From contig CAWEEQ010000004.1 of NCBI GenBank assembly GCA_963808235.1, positions 352,001 through 416,000 of the forward strand: DNA of 64,000 nt. The letters are read 5' to 3'. The notes beneath the pieces were generated by a model, which was not told the DNA's origin, made no database searches, and saw nothing but the letters and a program-made list of their open reading frames with translations. A program made the position numbers and the translations under genes. Of this stretch, positions 10,750-19,539 are shown piece by piece (the stretch's first letter is position 1; each line of letters opens with the position of its first letter). This DNA is from an uncultured delta proteobacterium. GTDB lineage: Bacteria > Desulfobacterota > Binatia > Binatales > Binataceae.

Positions 10750-11802
10750 ATGTCCTTGGCTAGCAGCATGGCTGAACCCCGCGCCACGCCGGATGAACTG
10801 AGCGTCGCTATCGTCATTCCAGCTCGTAACGCCGGGGCGACGCTTCCTCGGAGCCTGGAAGCCTTGCTGGCGCAGATTTCCGGCGATGACGAAGTTATCG
10901 TCGTGGATGATTATTCCACCGACGATACCAGCGAAGTCGCCGCCCGATTCAACGTGAAGGTGCTCAAGCTGCCTCGGCACATGGGAACCTCGGCCGCGCG
11001 CAACCGCGGCGCCGAAGAGACCCGCGCTCCGCTGCTGTTCTTCTACGACGCCGATGTTGTACTTGCGCCCGGAGCGCTCGCCTACGCGAAGGCGACCATG
11101 GGGCGGCGTCCGGAAGTGGGTGCGATGTTCGGTTCCTATGACGACGATCCGGACGCGCTGACCACGGTTAGCCGTTTCAAAAATCTCGCCCATCATCACT
11201 TTCACCAGCGTTCGAACGTGGAAGCGAGCACGTTCTGGGGTGGATGCGGCCTCGTCCGGCGCGATCTGTTCGTAGCGGCAGGCGGCTTTGACGATGAACG
11301 GCGCGAGATGGAAGACGTCGAACTCGGCTATCGATTGATCGGGCGTGGGGTCCGAATCGTCCTCGATCCGGAGCTCCAGGTAAAACATTTGAAGAAATGG
11401 ACGCTGAGATCTCTCGTCACGACGGACGTATTCATCCGCGCAATCCCGTGGACGTTGCTATGGTTGGAGCGCGGGACGATGCCCAACGATCTGAACCTCG
11501 CAACCGATCAGCGACTGGCCGCGATGATCGCATGTGCACTGGCTATAGCCATTCCCACCGCCATATTTTTGCACCAGGTCTTGTTAGTAGTCGCGCTATT
11601 ACTCATCGCAGCCTTCTGGCTCAATCGGGATCTGTATGGTTTATTTTTCAGAAGGGCAGGGCTCTGGTTCGCCGTCAAGGGATTCTTACTACAGCAGCTA
11701 TACTACTTGTATTCTACTTTCAGCCTCGCCACCGGCATCGCCATATACTACTCACGGTCGTTCAGGCGGCGTCTTGAAGCTGCACCAAAGCGAACCGAGT
11801 GA
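10750..11802 (+). CDS. Glycosyltransferase family 2 with C-terminal TM helices
   Basis: VIPARN, VVDDYSTD, DAD, GGFD, EDVELGYRL. Confidence 0.9.
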   Translation: MSLASSMAEPRATPDELSVAIVIPARNAGATLPRSLEALLAQISGDDEVIVVDDYSTDDTSEVAARFNVKVLKLPRHMGTSAARNRGAEETRAPLLFFYDADVVLAPGALAYAKATMGRRPEVGAMFGSYDDDPDALTTVSRFKNLAHHHFHQRSNVEASTFWGGCGLVRRDLFVAAGGFDDERREMEDVELGYRLIGRGVRIVLDPELQVKHLKKWTLRSLVTTDVFIRAIPWTLLWLERGTMPNDLNLATDQRLAAMIACALAIAIPTAIFLHQVLLVVALLLIAAFWLNRDLYGLFFRRAGLWFAVKGFLLQQLYYLYSTFSLATGIAIYYSRSFRRRLEAAPKRTE

Positions 11803-11803
11803 C

Positions 11804-12877
11804 TTGGCGCCTGCCGCGCACAAAATAGCGATCATAGGATTCGGCCGGCTCGCGCAAGGTTACTACGCGTTCGCACTTCGGAGCCTTTCCACCGCCGAGG
11901 TAGTCGCGGTCGCCGATTCGTTGCCTGCCTCCAGCGCCGCCGCTGCGGCCGCCTTTCCAGACGCGCGCACCTATCCCGATTATCATGACCTCTTCGAACG
12001 GGAGCGCGATCGCCTCGATGCGATACTGGTGGCCTCGCCGCCGTCGACTCATCTCGCCATCTGGAACGAAGCCGCACGGCGCCGATTGCCGGTCTTCATG
12101 GAAAAACCGTTCATCGTGCCCGGCGAATTGGAGCGAGTCGAAACTTCACCCGCGTCGCGTTCGCTATTGATGCTGAACTTGAACCGGCGATTTTGGCCCG
12201 CCTATCGAAGCTTGCGCGAGCTCTGCTCGAGCGGACGAATCGGAATCGTGGAGCGAGCCGACTTCACCCTCCAGACTAATATCCAACCGTGGATCTCGGT
12301 CACCCGGCATCGGCTCTCTCCCGGTGAGGGCGGAGCGCTTTACGATCTCGGCAGCTCGGAGCTCGATCTCATCGAGTACGTGTTTGCGCAGAAAATCGCG
12401 GGTGTGCGCGCGCAATCCGAAACCATCGTATGGCCCGGCGATCGCCTTCGCCTCAGCGTCGAGCTCGAGCGCGGGCTTCGCGTGAGTTGCGAACTCGGCT
12501 ATGCTCGCGGCAATCGCGAAAGAATCGAGATCGTCGGGAGCAAAGCCACTGCGCGAATCGAGAATCCGAACGCAGCGGTGCATATCGAATCGCGCGGCTC
12601 GCGTAAGAGACCGGTCTCCGACTGGTTCAGCGATACGCTCGCATTTGGCTTGAAAGCGTTGAGCCCCGGACGCACAGTGCTTCGTTATACGATTCGAGCT
12701 TCGCTCGCTGCATTTTTCGACGCGCTCTCCGGCCGACAACCGTTTTCACCCGGCTTTGACGATGCGATCGCGAATGCAAACTGCCTCGAAGCCGCGGTCC
12801 GATCGATCCGCGAAGACAAATTCGTTGAGGTGAGCGCGCCTGGAAACTCAAAGTATGTCCGCCAACAACCAGCCTAA
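11804..12877 (+). CDS. Gfo/Idh/MocA-family oxidoreductase
   Basis: IAIIGFG Rossmann, VFMEKP, NRRF, GGALYDLG; start (TTG at 11804) uncertain. Confidence 0.82.
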   Translation: MAPAAHKIAIIGFGRLAQGYYAFALRSLSTAEVVAVADSLPASSAAAAAAFPDARTYPDYHDLFERERDRLDAILVASPPSTHLAIWNEAARRRLPVFMEKPFIVPGELERVETSPASRSLLMLNLNRRFWPAYRSLRELCSSGRIGIVERADFTLQTNIQPWISVTRHRLSPGEGGALYDLGSSELDLIEYVFAQKIAGVRAQSETIVWPGDRLRLSVELERGLRVSCELGYARGNRERIEIVGSKATARIENPNAAVHIESRGSRKRPVSDWFSDTLAFGLKALSPGRTVLRYTIRASLAAFFDALSGRQPFSPGFDDAIANANCLEAAVRSIREDKFVEVSAPGNSKYVRQQPA

Positions 12878-14366
12878 AGTCGCGATGATCGGCTTCGATG
12901 CCGCCGAGTTCAGCTACATCCAGCAGTTCCTGCCGATGCTGCCGAACTTCAAACGCGCAATCAGTTGTGGACGGACGCGCAGACTCTCCTCTACCGCCGG
13001 CATGTTCCCCGGTTCCGTATGGCCGACATTTTACACCGCAAGTCTTCCCGGTGAGCACGGCATCCACCACTTGATGCAGTGGGATGCCGATGCGATGCGG
13101 CTGCGCAGAGTTTCAGACGCATGGCTCTACTGCGAACCGTTCTGGCGCGAACTCGAACGGCGCGGACTTCGCGTGATCGCTCTCAACGTCCCGATGACCT
13201 TCCCGCCGAGTGAGTGCGCCGGCGTCGAAGTCAGCAGTTGGGGCGCGCACGACCAGCTGAGTCTTTTTACCGCTTACCCCCGCGAACTTGGCCCCGAGAT
13301 CATGCGTCGATTCGGCGCGCATCCGATGGGAATCGAAGTCCCGGTCGAAAAGTCGCTAGGCGAACGAATGCGCGTCCGTGCCAATCTCGTCAACGGGGTG
13401 CGAATCAAGAGCGAGCTCACGCGCTGGTTGCTCACCTCTCGCCCATGGGATTTCTTCATCGCCGCCTTCGGCGAGTCTCATCGCGGGGGACACATACTCT
13501 GGCCCGACGGTCCCGATGGCGAGTCGAGCATTCCCGCAAGCGCCCTGCTCGACGTGTACCGCGCCCTCGACAACGCTCTCGGCGAAGTACTTGCCGCGCT
13601 CAACCTTGAGGAAACTACGGTGATCATCTTTGCATTGCACGGAATGGGCGCCAATCTTTCGCAGGAACATTTCGTGACTCCGTTGATGGACCGGGTGAAT
13701 GCGAAGTTCAGCCAACTGGAACCGGGCCTCTATCCGTCGGGCCGCTCGCCGCGCCAACTGAGCGTGATGCGTCTCCTGCGCGAGAACGTTCCGCCGTGGG
13801 TTCAAAGCAGAATCGCCAACCTGGTTCCCCAGCACGTCAGAGACGCCGTCGTCGACCGCTCATTCACCTCCGGCCGCGACTGGTCGCATACTCCCGGGCT
13901 GGCTCTCAGAGCGGACAACAACGGCTACCTCAGGTTTAATCTTGCCGGCCGCGAGCGGCTGGGGATGCTTGAGCCCGGCAGCGCGATCTTTGCGCGATAC
14001 TCCGATTTGGTGCGCGAGTCTTTCACCAGCCTGCGCACTCCCGACGGCAGACCGATGGTCAGGGACGTGTGCGTTTCGTCCGAGCATTTTCCAGGCCGGC
14101 GGGCGCCTCGCCTGCCCGACCTGATCGTGACCTGGACCGGTCTCGAGCCGGCATCGCGGGTCGATTCCGTGCTCGGCCCCATCGTCGCTGAACTCGACAC
14201 CGGGCGCGGCGGAAACCATCGTTCCGATGGATTTCAGATCGTGCTGAAGCCTGGAGTCGAACAGGCGGGCGAGGACCGGCCGCTCGCGATCGGGGAATTG
14301 GCGCCGATGATTCTCCGCAGCTTCAGCGAATCTCGATCAGGAGCCGGCAGCGTCGTTAGCGACTGA
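12855..14366 (+). CDS. Alkaline phosphatase superfamily / nucleotide pyrophosphatase-like protein
   Basis: IGFDAA, GSVWPTFYT, HRGGHILWP, LHGMG, GNHRSDG; paralog of 1592-3070. Confidence 0.8.
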   Translation: MSANNQPKVAMIGFDAAEFSYIQQFLPMLPNFKRAISCGRTRRLSSTAGMFPGSVWPTFYTASLPGEHGIHHLMQWDADAMRLRRVSDAWLYCEPFWRELERRGLRVIALNVPMTFPPSECAGVEVSSWGAHDQLSLFTAYPRELGPEIMRRFGAHPMGIEVPVEKSLGERMRVRANLVNGVRIKSELTRWLLTSRPWDFFIAAFGESHRGGHILWPDGPDGESSIPASALLDVYRALDNALGEVLAALNLEETTVIIFALHGMGANLSQEHFVTPLMDRVNAKFSQLEPGLYPSGRSPRQLSVMRLLRENVPPWVQSRIANLVPQHVRDAVVDRSFTSGRDWSHTPGLALRADNNGYLRFNLAGRERLGMLEPGSAIFARYSDLVRESFTSLRTPDGRPMVRDVCVSSEHFPGRRAPRLPDLIVTWTGLEPASRVDSVLGPIVAELDTGRGGNHRSDGFQIVLKPGVEQAGEDRPLAIGELAPMILRSFSESRSGAGSVVSD

Positions 14367-14984
14367 CCGCTCTGGCGGAGGCGGAAAACATGGCAGCGTG
14401 CGAGTTACCGCATAATGATAATCGCGCCCGCTCCAGTTGAAGGTTCCCGTGGTCTTTCCGAAATTGGTGGTCAGGTTGGCGAGTTTGTCGGCTTCCGCTT
14501 CAGAAATGGATTGCGCGGGCGCATACGCCAGGAAGTTGCTGTCCGACTCGGGGATCGCGCCGGCCAGCGGCGGCGAAAAATTCATCTGCAGAAAATTGAC
14601 CGCTGGATGCCATCCACTGGCGGCATTGTTGTCGGTGGTTACCGGCGCCCACTGCGCATCATCGCTCGAATCGACCAGCGCCAGTTCGCGATACTCCGGC
14701 GCGCCTGAGGTGTCCTTGCGAAGCTCGATCACCCCAGGTGCATCGGCCGCGAGTTGATCGCAGCTGTCTCCGCTCTCCATTAAACTTTCTCTCTCACGAG
14801 CCTCGGCGCGCGCGAGGTCCTCGTCTTTGTGGGTCTCCATCGCCACGGCTTCCGCCGCCCCAACCGTGACCTGGGCGACACCCGAGCCGACATCCTCCGC
14901 GGCGCTGATCGCATACGGCGCCAACTGCGCCGCCAGCATCCAGCATCCGGTAGTGAAAGTCGCAACCGCACCCGCAAACAGCAC
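14337..14984 (-). CDS. Hypothetical protein, possible lipoprotein
   Basis: 215-aa ORF; hydrophobic N-terminus with TTGC lipobox-like motif; start uncertain. Confidence 0.55.
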   Translation of the reverse strand: MLFAGAVATFTTGCWMLAAQLAPYAISAAEDVGSGVAQVTVGAAEAVAMETHKDEDLARAEARERESLMESGDSCDQLAADAPGVIELRKDTSGAPEYRELALVDSSDDAQWAPVTTDNNAASGWHPAVNFLQMNFSPPLAGAIPESDSNFLAYAPAQSISEAEADKLANLTTNFGKTTGTFNWSGRDYHYAVTRTLPCFPPPPERSVANDAAGS

Positions 14985-15175
14985 GAGCAGCGCCGACGCG
15001 AAATTTAACCTGCGGTAATGGATATAGCCCCCACAACGATCCTCGCAACTTCCGATATTGTTCGGCTGCGCGGTAACGCGTTCCCTCGGCCATCAATAGC
15101 CTACCAGAAAGTCCGAAAGATAACTGCAAGGAGACGAGCCCGCTTTGGCCTTGTCTGACATGGCAGCGTCGGGAC

Positions 15176-15239
15176 AAAAAATGGCCGGGCTACGAGTGGG
15201 GACCGCGGGTGGGGGACCAACGGTTCATGTAGCCCGGCC
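15176..15239 (-). terminator. Intrinsic terminator
   Basis: Perfect 11-bp inverted repeat 15183-15193/15229-15239, then T6 on the minus strand. Confidence 0.7.
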
Positions 15240-15291
15240 TGGCTTGGGGACAGGCGCTGTTGGTCTCGGGGGAGGAGATTGTCAGCGCTGA
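15176..15291 (-). ncRNA. Candidate sigma54-dependent small RNA with C-rich loops
   Basis: Starts at the predicted +1 of a sigma54 promoter; 5' hairpin with CUCCCCC loop; ends in an 11-bp stem GGCCGGGCUAC/GUAGCCCGGCC followed by AUUUUUU. Confidence 0.65.
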
Positions 15292-15301
15292 GACTAAGAT
15301 G

Positions 15302-15318
15302 AGCAAACAATGTGCCGA
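15302..15318 (-). promoter_or_regulatory. sigma54 (-24/-12) promoter
   Basis: TCGGCAC-ATTGT-TTGCT with exact GG-N10-GC spacing. Confidence 0.7.
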
Positions 15319-15762
15319 CAAAAATGGCCACCAAAGCAAGCATTTGTCGATCCGGTATTTTTCTCGTTTTGCAATCAGAGCAGTCCGCACGCCTCCGAAC
15401 TGTGCTTCTTTCCACGAGAACATGATGATTTTGCAAGTTGCGAGACAAGTCGCACTCGCGCCTCATTCGTGAGACGCATGCCCCCGGATGCATCCAACCG
15501 ACTGCGGCCAACGGCAGCTCTCGTGATGCGTCGTCATATAATGTCCGCGAGGCACATCTCACTGACTCGCGATCGCACCGCGTCTTCAACCCGACCACCC
15601 GCGCGAAACGAATCGCAAATCATTCGTCGTCGCGAAATTCGACTCGACCGATTCAGTTCATCTGATGCGGTTCGTCGCGAATCGTCTGACGACGCGAGAC
15701 TTTCACGCCGATTTTTCGCTTCGGTTGAGAGCCCAGCGTCCCTGTGTTAATTCCTATGGGCT

Positions 15763-15836
15763 CGGGGCGTAGCGCAGCTTGGTAGCGCACCTGCCTTGGG
15801 AGCAGGGGGTCGGCCGTTCAAATCGGCTCGCCCCGA
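15763..15836 (+). tRNA. tRNA-Pro(TGG), CCA not encoded
   Basis: Acceptor CGGGGCG/CGCCCCG, anticodon arm CCTGC-CTTGGGA-GCAGG, T-loop GTTCAAATC. Confidence 0.96.
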
Positions 15837-15838
15837 TC

Positions 15839-15915
<77 letters not shown>

Positions 15916-15976
15916 CGGTACCGACGGCTTTAAGATTGAAGACTGGCCGATCCCGAATTGGAATAGAGCGATGGGT

Positions 15977-16053
15977 GGTGAGTGTAGCTCAGTTGGCAGA
16001 GCATCGGATTGTGGCTCCGGCGGTCGAGGGTTCAAATCCCTTCACTCACCCCA
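15977..16053 (+). tRNA. tRNA-His(GTG)
   Basis: G-1 plus GTGAGTG/CACTCAC, C73 discriminator, anticodon loop TTGTGGC, CCA. Confidence 0.96.
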
Positions 16054-16089
16054 AAACATCCTGCTACGTAAGGTTGGCATTGACACGGT

Positions 16090-16165
<76 letters not shown>

Positions 16166-16214
16166 AATCCCCGATCGGCGCGCGCTTCACTAGCACCTGG
16201 CGAATCGAAAAGGT

Positions 16215-16640
16215 TCAAGCGCTCCAGCGCCATTGTGCGAGGAGAGCCCCGATCGCGACGGCGCACCCAATGGAGCCGGCCGAAATCAACGTCCGAGCAG
16301 TATTCTCCTGCCATTGCTTCGCGACCACACCGGCGCCGGCGATCGGCAATGATTTGCCCGTCCCATAAACCGCGCCGAACACCAGGCCGAGCCACAGTAC
16401 GTACAGCGAAATCCACATCGTATGCGCTATTACCGTCGCCCATCCGATGGAAATCTTCAGATGTAGCAACAACAGGCCAAACGCGATAAGCCCAAGGCCG
16501 CTCTCGATCGCCGCAAGATGCGCGGACAGGCCGATTCGGGGGCTGCGGAATCCGGGAATGCCAAATCCGGTCAGCAGGCCGAGCAGGAACAGCAGCGCGC
16601 CCATGAAACTCAGAGTCGATGAGACCTCTTCCATTTGCAT
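16215..16640 (-). CDS. Small 4-TM membrane protein, styrene-oxide-isomerase (StyC)-like
   Basis: Four hydrophobic helices; PRIGLSAH motif with His at the start of TM2; GGAGG RBS. Confidence 0.6.
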   Translation of the reverse strand: MQMEEVSSTLSFMGALLFLLGLLTGFGIPGFRSPRIGLSAHLAAIESGLGLIAFGLLLLHLKISIGWATVIAHTMWISLYVLWLGLVFGAVYGTGKSLPIAGAGVVAKQWQENTARTLISAGSIGCAVAIGALLAQWRWSA

Positions 16641-16650
16641 CCTCCGATGT

Positions 16651-16699
16651 TACAGACTTACGGTCGGTATATGTCATACTTATCGACCAAGAGTCGGTT
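16651..16699. promoter_or_regulatory. Two tandem imperfect palindromes, putative TetR operators
   Basis: TACAGAC-N5-GTCGGTA (16651-16669) and TATCGAC-N5-GTCGGTT (16681-16699), 30 bp apart; minus-strand TTGACA at 16705-16700. Confidence 0.65.
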
Positions 16700-16722
16700 T
16701 GTCAAGCGCAGAATGAAAAACG

Positions 16723-17313
16723 ATGGCTACCCAGGCTGAACGACGTTCCACAACCATTCGCGCCATCCTCGATGCCGCCAGGAAGTTGTTCGTTTCGCGC
16801 GGTTTCGAGCAGACCAGCGTCGACGAGATTGCCGCTCTGGCACAGGTCGCCAAGGGCGCGGTTTACCATCATTTCGCTTCCAAGGAATTAATTTTTGCGA
16901 AGATCTTCGAGGATATGACGGCTGAGCTCGCCACACTCGTGCCACCGGCTGCCCGGGCGGGCAAGGACGTACTCGATAGTATCCGGCGCGGCACGCTCAA
17001 GTATCTCACCTCGATCGCGGGCGATGAATTTCGCCAGGTGCTCCTGATCGACGGCCCGAAAGTACTTGGATGGGAACATTGGCGCGCGATCGATGCGCGT
17101 TACTTCGGCGGAACGATGAACACGCCGCTTGGTGCGACGCTGAAGCGGCGCGCCTCAGCTCGCGAGATCGAAGCGCTGAGCCATCTGATCGCCGGCGCGA
17201 TCAGCGAGGCAGCCCTGGTTTGCGCAGCCTCCGACCATCGCGTCCGGGCCGCGAAAGACCTGAGCGCCGCTTTGCAAAAAATGCTCGCGCCGTTCTTCAG
17301 TCGACAGTCCTAA
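16723..17313 (+). CDS. TetR/AcrR-family regulator
   Basis: ILDAARKLFVSRGFEQTSVDEIA...KGAVYHHFASKE HTH. Confidence 0.93.
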   Translation: MATQAERRSTTIRAILDAARKLFVSRGFEQTSVDEIAALAQVAKGAVYHHFASKELIFAKIFEDMTAELATLVPPAARAGKDVLDSIRRGTLKYLTSIAGDEFRQVLLIDGPKVLGWEHWRAIDARYFGGTMNTPLGATLKRRASAREIEALSHLIAGAISEAALVCAASDHRVRAAKDLSAALQKMLAPFFSRQS

Positions 17314-17326
17314 GGAGCCATCGCCT

Positions 17327-17926
17327 TTGTTCCGTTTGACTCAGCCACCAGACGACGAGGTTCGTCGCTTCATCGCGAAGCAGGAGCACGCTGAACTTAC
17401 CTATCCGGAAGTGGGCGCGTCGGCGGACTCTGTGCCGGGCGGATATACCGTTGATCGCAATCGCATTGAACTCGGCCTCGGCGAGCGCGTATGGGAGCGC
17501 GCGGTCGCTGCAGTTCGCGCGTGGCAAATGTTCAATATTCCGTGGCTACGTCTCTACTGGCCTGACACTCCGATCCAGGTAGGAGCTGTTGTCGCCGTTT
17601 CTGTCCGCCATTTCGGTTTCTATTCATTAAACGCATGCCGGATCGTGTATGTCGTCGACGAAGATTGCGCTGTGACAAACCCGCCGGTGAGCCGCTTCGG
17701 GTTCGCCTATGGCACGCTTGGGGAGCACGCCGAGAGCGGCGAAGAGCGCTTCACAGTCGAATGGGACCGCGCGAGCGATAAAGTCTTCTACGACATCCTC
17801 GCTTTCTCGCGTCCACGGCACCCGCTGTCGAAACTCGCGTACCCCCTATCACGTTCGCTGCAGAAGGCATTCGCCGACTGTTCAAAAGTGGCAATGTCTA
17901 CCGCCGTAACCGAACGCGTCCGATGA
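17327..17926 (+). CDS. DUF1990-family protein
   Basis: LTYPEVGA, CRIVYV, RFGFAYGTLGEHAESGEERF. Confidence 0.85.
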   Translation: MFRLTQPPDDEVRRFIAKQEHAELTYPEVGASADSVPGGYTVDRNRIELGLGERVWERAVAAVRAWQMFNIPWLRLYWPDTPIQVGAVVAVSVRHFGFYSLNACRIVYVVDEDCAVTNPPVSRFGFAYGTLGEHAESGEERFTVEWDRASDKVFYDILAFSRPRHPLSKLAYPLSRSLQKAFADCSKVAMSTAVTERVR

Positions 17927-17936
17927 AACTTCATGA

Positions 17937-19325
17937 CTACGGCGCTGGCTTGATGTTCTGGTTCACGCGGAAGAAGTTATCCGGATCGTACTTCCGCTTG
18001 ATCTGAGTCAGCCGCTCGTACTTGTCTCCGTAGGCTGCCCTGACTCGAGCGTCTCCCTCATCTTCGAGATCGTTCACGTAGACCGCGCCGGTCGAGAGCG
18101 GGCGCATCGCGGCGTAGAAATCCTCGACCCACGCGGATGCTTTTTTGCGCTCGCCGGATTTTTTCCAATACGAATGCACCCAGTACTCGTATCCGACACG
18201 TCGAAAGCCGAAAGCGTCGTCGCGAGGCGTCGAGCACCACGGCCCGTGCCAATACATCATTGTGATCCCGCTCGCTTCCGTGGGCGCGCTGGAAGCGTAT
18301 TCGGCGATCGCCTCGATCGTCTCGTCAGTAAGGCGCTCAAAATGCCCACCCCTCCGATGACTCGAGCGGTCGCCCTTCGCAGGCTTATCTGAATCCCGCC
18401 GCTGCTCGTCCAGGTAATCTCTGGTTTTGACGGTGTCCTCGAACGGTTTAAGAAATCTGCGCAGCGGCCTGAGCACGCGCTCGCCCTCTCGTTCCTCGCC
18501 CGGCCAGAGTACCGCAAGGTCGATCATGCGGTCCCGCCGATGCGGCAGCACCGCTACGAGTATGAACAGGTCATTCGGGATCGATAGCGCGTAGTCGTCG
18601 ATAAAGCGCAAAACTTTTTTTGCCTGGCGAATCGGGTATCTCAGATGTCCGGAAAGAACCGTCTCCACAGGATGCAGCCGAAGCTCGAGCGAAGTTGCAA
18701 CGCCGAAGTTGGCGCCCGCACCGCGCATCGCCCAGAACAGGTCGTCGTTCTCGCCCTCGCGCGCAGTAAGGACCCGTCCATCCGCAGTAACCACTTCGAT
18801 CCGCCGGATGCTGTCGCATCCATATCCGAACTTCGGGGTAAGCGAACCTTCGCCGCCGCCCAGCGCATAACCCGAGACACCGACCGCCGCGCACATACCG
18901 AGCGGTGTCGCGAGCTTGAACGCCTGCGCGATGCAATCCAGCTCCCCGCTCACCACGCCGCCTTCGATCGTGACGAGCTGGCGGTGCGGGTCGATTGCCG
19001 CATGCTTCATCGCCGATAGATCGATCACCATCCCACCATCGCACACGCCGTGGCCGGCGAAGCTGTGACCGCCCGCCCGCACCGCGGTCAGCATCTGATT
19101 GTGGCGAGCAAATTCGATCGCACGCCGCACATCGTCGACGTTTGCACATCGCGCAATTATCGCGGGATGCTTATCGACCGCCCGATTACAGACACGTCGC
19201 GCGTTTCGGTAGCGCCTGTCGCCGGGCAGGATAATTTCACCGGCGATGGAATCGGCGAATTTGCGAATTGATTCCGGACTCAGGTCTGCGATGGATTCAT
19301 CGGCTGTCAATCGAGGTATCATCAA
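17937..19325 (-). CDS. FAD-binding oxidoreductase, VAO/berberine-bridge family
   Basis: VRAGGHS covalent-FAD His, LFWAMRGAGANFG, YVN, KRKYDPDNFF. Confidence 0.92.
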   Translation of the reverse strand: MMIPRLTADESIADLSPESIRKFADSIAGEIILPGDRRYRNARRVCNRAVDKHPAIIARCANVDDVRRAIEFARHNQMLTAVRAGGHSFAGHGVCDGGMVIDLSAMKHAAIDPHRQLVTIEGGVVSGELDCIAQAFKLATPLGMCAAVGVSGYALGGGEGSLTPKFGYGCDSIRRIEVVTADGRVLTAREGENDDLFWAMRGAGANFGVATSLELRLHPVETVLSGHLRYPIRQAKKVLRFIDDYALSIPNDLFILVAVLPHRRDRMIDLAVLWPGEEREGERVLRPLRRFLKPFEDTVKTRDYLDEQRRDSDKPAKGDRSSHRRGGHFERLTDETIEAIAEYASSAPTEASGITMMYWHGPWCSTPRDDAFGFRRVGYEYWVHSYWKKSGERKKASAWVEDFYAAMRPLSTGAVYVNDLEDEGDARVRAAYGDKYERLTQIKRKYDPDNFFRVNQNIKPAP

Positions 19326-19345
19326 GATGGCCCGCGAATGCTCGC

Positions 19346-19361
19346 AGCAAGCCGGGTGCCA
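19346..19361 (-). promoter_or_regulatory. sigma54 promoter for the FAD oxidoreductase
   Basis: Consensus TGGCAC-CCGGC-TTGCT; predicted +1 near 19335. Confidence 0.7.
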
Positions 19362-19539
19362 GTTCAGGTAAAGTTCAAGGCGAGGGAAAATTCAACGCCG
19401 CAGGAGCAGTCCGAATTTGATTTCCATGAACCAGGAACTAGTTTCCGCCGATTTCGCCGGTCGGCTGAAGTTTTGCTTCGCTTCCAAAACTGTCTGATCA
19501 TCAAATCAGCTTCGACGTTCCGACAGATGGGGTAGTCAC

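Noticed and set aside
15101-15750. ORFs of 70-165 aa in the gap before the tRNAs
   Set aside because: No RBS or recognisable motifs; the region is better explained by the sRNA and promoter elements
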